Part shown: one piece after another, positions 19,026 to 24,000 of the stretch | How positions within the stretch are numbered: position 1 is the stretch's first letter | Layout: each line of letters starts with the position of its first letter | Source of the DNA: Methanothermococcus sp. SCGC AD-155-M21 | Lineage (GTDB): Archaea > AGJL01 > Methanococci > Methanococcales > Methanococcaceae | DNA length: 24,000 bases | Assembly (NCBI GenBank): GCA_019561565.1 | Contig: JAHEPY010000002.1 | Coordinates: 1 to 24,000 of the forward strand | Direction: 5' to 3' | Translations under genes and position numbers: made by a program | Notes under the pieces: model-generated | Told to the model about the DNA's origin: nothing | Database searches by the model: none | What the model saw: only the letters and a program-made list of their open reading frames with translations

Positions 19026-19628
19026 ATGAAGGTTAAGATAAACAGGGATGATATGATGAAGATTAGCCTCTTTGAAAAAATAACAGAGGCTGGTGTATTG
19101 GATTGTATTTCTGACGATGAAAGAATTATCTTTATTGTCAAGGAAGGGGATATTGGTGCAGCAATCGGGAAAGGTGGAGAAAACGTAAAAACCGCCATGG
19201 AAAAATTTAATAAAAAAATAGATATTATAGAGTACTCCAGTGATATAAAAAAATTTGTAAGAAATATTTTTGAACCCTTGAAGTTGGAGGATGTATGGTT
19301 AAAGAAATTCAACGATAAACTTGTGGTATATGTTAGAGTACATCCAAAACTTAGAAGGACAATTATTGGTAATAATGGTAAAAACATAGATAGGGCTGTG
19401 AATATATTGTGCAGACTTTCAGATGCTAAAAATATTAAGGTAATCTCAGAGCCGAGAAGAGGACCAGGTGAAAGATATAGTGGAAAGCCCAGAAGATTTG
19501 ATAAAAGCCCAGTTAAAAAACCAACATCTGAGGATAATACGAAAACAGAGGATAAAAATAACAGGGATGAGGCCTTAAAAGGGGAATCATTGAATAACCT
19601 ATCTGAAAATGAAAAGGATAATAAATAA
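19026..19628 (+). CDS. nusA: Archaeal NusA-like protein (two KH domains) with a charged C-terminal tail
   Basis: The KH GXXG motifs are GAAIGKGGENVK and IIGNNGKNIDRA. The gene lies in the conserved position between rpl30e and rps12. Confidence 0.88.
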   Translation: MKVKINRDDMMKISLFEKITEAGVLDCISDDERIIFIVKEGDIGAAIGKGGENVKTAMEKFNKKIDIIEYSSDIKKFVRNIFEPLKLEDVWLKKFNDKLVVYVRVHPKLRRTIIGNNGKNIDRAVNILCRLSDAKNIKVISEPRRGPGERYSGKPRRFDKSPVKKPTSEDNTKTEDKNNRDEALKGESLNNLSENEKDNK

Positions 19629-19751
19629 AAAATTAATAAAAAAAATATTAAAATAATTAAATAATTTAATTAAAAATAAATAAAAAATTTATAAATTTAT
19701 AATAATTAATATTAATAAAATAATAATAAAATAATAATAAAGGTGATGTTA

Positions 19752-20195
19752 ATGTCTGGAAGTAAATCTCCAAAGGGAGAATTCGCCGGGAGAAAATTGG
19801 TATTAAAGAGAAAAGAAAGTAGATGGCATCAGTACAAATACATAAACAGGGTTTTAAAGTTAAAGGAAAAATCAGACCCTCTTGAAGGGGCTCCAATGGC
19901 AAGGGGCATTGTAATTGAGAAAGTAGGATTAGAGGCAAAGCAGCCGAACTCTGCTATTAGAAAGTGTGTTAAAGTACAGTTGATTAAAAACGGTAGGGTA
20001 GTTACAGCATTTGCACCTGGAAACCATGCTATAAACTTCATAGATGAGCATGATGAGGTAGTTATTGAGGGTATTGGAGGTCCAAAGGGACAGGCAAAGG
20101 GGGATATTCCAGGAGTTAGATATAAGGTAATTATGGTAGGTAAAAACTCATTAAAGGAACTTGTTAGAGGAAGACAGGAAAAGGTAAAGAGATAA
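19752..20195 (+). CDS. rps12: 30S ribosomal protein S12
   Basis: The ATG at 19752 lies 5 nt after aaaggtga. The motifs [17 protein letters not shown] and [10 protein letters not shown] match S12. Confidence 0.95.
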   Translation: MSGSKSPKGEFAGRKLVLKRKESRWHQYKYINRVLKLKEKSDPLEGAPMARGIVIEKVGLEAKQPNSAIRKCVKVQLIKNGRVVTAFAPGNHAINFIDEHDEVVIEGIGGPKGQAKGDIPGVRYKVIMVGKNSLKELVRGRQEKVKR

Positions 20196-20270
20196 TTAAT
20201 AAAAATTAAAAAATAATTTAAAAAAATAAAAAAATAAAAAATTAATATAAAAGTTAATAAAGGTGATATA

Positions 20271-20837
20271 TTGGAAATTAAATTATTTAATAAATGGGAT
20301 ACTACAGAAGTTGTAGTTAATGACCCAAGTTTAAGAAGTTATATAAACATAGCCCCAATAATTGTACCCCATAGTGCTGGAAGAAATTCTAAAAAGATGT
20401 TTGATAAGGCCAAAATGAATATAGTGGAAAGATTGGTTAATAATTTAATGAGAAATGAACATAACACAGGTAAAAAGCAAATGGCCTTAGAAACCATTGA
20501 AGAGGCATTTGATATTATTGAAAAAAGAACCAAAATGAACCCTGTCCAAGTGTTAATTGATGCATTGGAAAATTCAGGACCTAGGGAAGAAACCACAAGA
20601 ATATCCTATGGGGGAATAGCATTTCTACAATCAGTGGATGTCTCTCCATCAAGAAGATTGGATACTGCATTAAGAAATATAGCCCTTGGATCATTACAAT
20701 CTACCCACAAAAATAAAAAAACCTTTGCTCAGTGCTTAGCCGATGAAATAATCTTTGCCTCAAAGGGAGATGTACAGAGAAGTTATGCTGTAAGAAAAAA
20801 AGAAGAAAAGGAAAGGGTTGCACAATCTGCAAGATAA
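20271..20837 (+). CDS. rps7: 30S ribosomal protein S7
   Basis: The N-terminus [25 protein letters not shown] is typical of Methanococcales S7. The start is apparently TTG, 4 nt after aggtga. Confidence 0.95.
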   Translation: MEIKLFNKWDTTEVVVNDPSLRSYINIAPIIVPHSAGRNSKKMFDKAKMNIVERLVNNLMRNEHNTGKKQMALETIEEAFDIIEKRTKMNPVQVLIDALENSGPREETTRISYGGIAFLQSVDVSPSRRLDTALRNIALGSLQSTHKNKKTFAQCLADEIIFASKGDVQRSYAVRKKEEKERVAQSAR

Positions 20838-21133
20838 ATAATTTAATTAATTTAAGGTATATAATTTTAATTTAAATTTTTATTTAATTTTTATTATTAT
20901 ATTAATTATTATTAAATTGTTAAATATTAATTAAATGTAAAGATTAAATACATTAAGGTATTTATAGGATGATTAAAATTATTTATATTATTTATGAAAT
21001 CCATATAATATAGCATACTTTACAATAAATAATTCATAAAATATAATATAATATATAAAAATTTAAATAAATATACCTAAAAACTATAATATATAAATAA
21101 ATTTAAAATAATTATTATTTTGAGGAGGAAATT

Positions 21134-23317
21134 ATGGGAAGAAGAGCAAAGATGGTTGAAAAAGTTAAAAGTTTAATGGAAATGCATGATAGAATTAGAA
21201 ATATTGGAATATGTGCCCACATAGACCATGGTAAAACTACATTATCTGACAATCTATTGGCAGGAGCCGGTATGATTTCCAAGGATCTTGCTGGAGATCA
21301 GTTGGCCTTAGATTTTGATGAGGAGGAGGCTGAAAGGGGTATTACCATTTATGCTGCTAATGTTTCAATGGTACACGAGTTTAATGGTGATGAATATTTA
21401 ATTAACCTAATTGATACCCCTGGACACGTTGATTTTGGAGGGGACGTTACAAGGGCCATGAGAGCCATAGATGGGGCAGTTGTTGTTGTATGTGCTGTTG
21501 AGGGAATTATGCCTCAGACTGAGACTGTTTTAAGGCAGGCCCTTAAAGAAAAGGTAAAACCTGTTCTATTTATCAACAAGGTAGATAGATTATTAAATGA
21601 ATTGAAATTAACCCCTGAGGAGTTAATGAATAGATTTACAAAGATTATAAATGATATTAATAAATTAATTCAAAAGATGGCACCTGAGGAATTTAAAAAG
21701 GAATGGATAGTAAATGTTATGGATGGAAGTGTTGCATTTGGTTCAGCATACCATAACTGGGCTATTTCAGTACCATTTATGAAAAAAACTGGAATATCCT
21801 TTAAGGATATTATAGATTATTGTGAAAAGGAGAACCAAAAGGAACTTGCTCAAAAGGCTCCCCTTCATGAGGTGCTTTTGGATATTGTAATTAAACACTT
21901 GCCTAATCCAACAGTGGCCCAGAAGTATAGAATTCCTAACATTTGGAAGGGAGATTTGGAATCAGAAGTTGGTAATGCCATGGTTAATTGTGATCCCAAT
22001 GGTCCATTGGCTGGAGTAATAACAAAAATTATAATGGATAAGCATGCTGGTGCAATATCTGCATGTAGGTTATTCAGTGGTAGAATGAAACAGGGAGATG
22101 AATTATACTTGGTGGGATTAAAGCAAAAGGCAAGAGCCCAGCAGGTAGCCATATTCATGGGTGCTGAAAGAGTACAGGTTTCAAGTGTTTCAGCAGGAAA
22201 TATTTGTGCAATAACTGGGTTGAAAGAGGCCAGTGCAGGGGAAACCATAAGTAGTCCAAATAATATTCTTGAACCTCCATTTGAATCAATTACCCACGTA
22301 AGTGAGCCAGTAATTACTGTGGCCATTGAGGCTAAAAATACCAAGGACCTTCCAAAATTAATTGAGGTACTTAGACAGATAGCCAAAGAGGACAACACCG
22401 TTAGAGTAGAGATTAATGAAGAAACTGGGGAACATTTAATTAGCGGTATGGGAGAACTTCACATAGAGGTTATAACAAATACAAAAATAGGAAGGGATGC
22501 AGGTATTGAAGTTGAAGTTGGAGAGCCCATTGTAGTATATAGGGAGGCTGTAACTGGAAAATCACCTGAAGTGGAGGGTAAATCCCCCAATAAACACAAT
22601 AAGTTATATTTTGTAGTTGAACCATTGGAAGAGGGAGTATTCCAAGCATATAAAGAGGGAAAGATTAAAGATGAGGACTTCAGAAAGAAAACATCACCTG
22701 ATGTGGAAAAGGTATTGATTGAGGCAGGAATGGATAAGGAAGAATCTAAAAGGATAATGTCAATATATGGAGGGAATATGCTTATTAACATGACTAGGGG
22801 TATTGTCCAATTAGATGAGGCTAGGGAGTTAATAATAGAGGGATTCAAGGAGGCTGTTAGAAACGGGCCATTGGCAGCTGAAAAGTGCCAAGGAATAAAG
22901 GTTAAATTAATGGATGCAGTATTCCACGAAGATGCCATCCACAGGGGTCCATCTCAGTTAATACCTGCTGTAAGATTTGGTATAAGGGATGCCATAACCC
23001 AGGCAAAACCTGTGCTGTTGGAGCCTATTCAAAATGTATATATTAACACCCCTCAGGACTACATGGGAGATGCAATGAAGGAACTTAGCAACAGAAGGGG
23101 CCAGATATTGGATATGGAGCAGGAAGGGGATATGACCTTGATTAAGTCAAAGGCACCTGTTTCAGAAATGTTTGGATTTGCTGGTGCAATTAGGGGTGCT
23201 ACCCAGGGTAGATGTTTGTGGAGTATAGAGTTTGCAGGATTTGAAAAGGTACCTAACGAATTACAATCAAAAATTATAAAAGAGATAAGGGAAAGAAAGG
23301 GATTAAAAACAGATTAA
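21134..23317 (+). CDS. fusA: Elongation factor 2 (aEF-2)
   Basis: GTPase motifs are [20 protein letters not shown] and NKVD. The diphthamide region reads [15 protein letters not shown]. The protein is 727 aa, with the SD gaggagg upstream. Confidence 0.97.
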   Translation: MGRRAKMVEKVKSLMEMHDRIRNIGICAHIDHGKTTLSDNLLAGAGMISKDLAGDQLALDFDEEEAERGITIYAANVSMVHEFNGDEYLINLIDTPGHVDFGGDVTRAMRAIDGAVVVVCAVEGIMPQTETVLRQALKEKVKPVLFINKVDRLLNELKLTPEELMNRFTKIINDINKLIQKMAPEEFKKEWIVNVMDGSVAFGSAYHNWAISVPFMKKTGISFKDIIDYCEKENQKELAQKAPLHEVLLDIVIKHLPNPTVAQKYRIPNIWKGDLESEVGNAMVNCDPNGPLAGVITKIIMDKHAGAISACRLFSGRMKQGDELYLVGLKQKARAQQVAIFMGAERVQVSSVSAGNICAITGLKEASAGETISSPNNILEPPFESITHVSEPVITVAIEAKNTKDLPKLIEVLRQIAKEDNTVRVEINEETGEHLISGMGELHIEVITNTKIGRDAGIEVEVGEPIVVYREAVTGKSPEVEGKSPNKHNKLYFVVEPLEEGVFQAYKEGKIKDEDFRKKTSPDVEKVLIEAGMDKEESKRIMSIYGGNMLINMTRGIVQLDEARELIIEGFKEAVRNGPLAAEKCQGIKVKLMDAVFHEDAIHRGPSQLIPAVRFGIRDAITQAKPVLLEPIQNVYINTPQDYMGDAMKELSNRRGQILDMEQEGDMTLIKSKAPVSEMFGFAGAIRGATQGRCLWSIEFAGFEKVPNELQSKIIKEIRERKGLKTD

Positions 23318-23583
23318 ATATATTGTGGAATACCACAAAATATATATATCCCTTTATAATATTAATTATTGCAATTTATATAATAAATATTTTTATAAGA
23401 TTATAGGCTCACATAATGAAAATAATAAAATAAAAATAATAAAATAAAATTAATTAAAAAAATAAATATAAAGAATATAAAAATAATTAAATTAAAAATA
23501 ATTATAAAATAATAAAAATATAAAAAAATTAATTAATAATTAATTAAATATAAAAAATAAAACCTTATTAAGGAGGTAAAAGC

Positions 23584-24000
23584 ATGGCAAAAGAAAAACC
23601 TGTACTAAACGTTGCATTTATAGGACACGTAGATGCTGGTAAATCTACAACAGTTGGTAGATTATTATTGGACAGTGGTGCTATTGACCCACAGTTGTTG
23701 GAAAAATTAAAAAGAGAGGCTGCTGAAAAGGGTAAATCAGGATTTGAGTTTGCATATGTTATGGATGGTTTGAAAGAGGAAAGAGAAAGAGGAGTTACAA
23801 TAGACATAGCCCATAAAAAATTCGACAGTAAAAAATATGATGTAACCATCGTAGACTGTCCAGGACACAGGGACTTTATTAAAAACATGATTACAGGGGC
23901 TTCCCAGGCTGATGCTGCAGTATTGGTAGTTGATGTAAATGATTCCAAAACAGGATTACAACCACAAACAAGGGAGCACATATTCTTAATTAGAACCCTT
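23584..24000 (+). CDS. tuf: Elongation factor 1-alpha (aEF-1alpha), 5' part only; it runs off the window
   Basis: The ATG at 23584 follows aggaggt. The translation is [28 protein letters not shown]...[20 protein letters not shown]. The frame stays open to position 24000. It is absent from the ORF track only because there is no stop in the window. Confidence 0.95.
   Translation, partial: MAKEKPVLNVAFIGHVDAGKSTTVGRLLLDSGAIDPQLLEKLKREAAEKGKSGFEFAYVMDGLKEERERGVTIDIAHKKFDSKKYDVTIVDCPGHRDFIKNMITGASQADAAVLVVDVNDSKTGLQPQTREHIFLIRTL

Noticed and set aside
23568-23981. 137-aa minus-strand ORF at the window end
   Set aside because: It is antisense to an unmistakable aEF-1alpha N-terminus ([23 protein letters not shown]...). 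That gene is missing from the ORF track only because it has no stop in the window.

Overview
This is a very AT-rich archaeal chromosome segment whose gene content looks like a Methanococcales-type methanogen. I support 19 protein genes, all on the + strand. They are an AksF/LeuB-family dehydrogenase, Pcc1-like, VIT-like, TruA, IlvB and IlvN, a methanogen-type SerRS, UbiX, SRP54, and the cluster rpoA2-rpl30e-nusA-rps12-rps7-aEF2-aEF1alpha, whose last gene is cut by the window end. I saw no tRNA or rRNA genes.

The centre of the window (11171-14471) is a CRISPR array of 46 repeats plus one truncated repeat. The repeat is 30 nt and reads GTTAAAATCAGACCATTGTGGGATGGAAAC on the - strand. A ~470-bp leader probably lies on the right side, and there are no cas genes in the window.

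The most unusual observation is an identical 49-nt insert with two hairpins. It sits at exactly the same internal position of three non-adjacent repeats, and a truncated fourth copy forms the leader-adjacent unit. I do not recognise this as any described element.

Other points worth a second look:
- a ~460-nt near-perfect in-frame tandem repeat that inserts about 150 aa into the N-terminal domain of SerRS
- two paralogous intergenic elements of ~140-160 nt that may be small-RNA genes
- two spacers that share an identical 20-nt repeat-adjacent block, one of them an aberrant 51 nt long
- rpoA2 separated from the rest of the RNA polymerase operon
- a K-loop-like hairpin in the rpl30e leader

All family assignments come from motif recognition by eye. 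No database search was possible.
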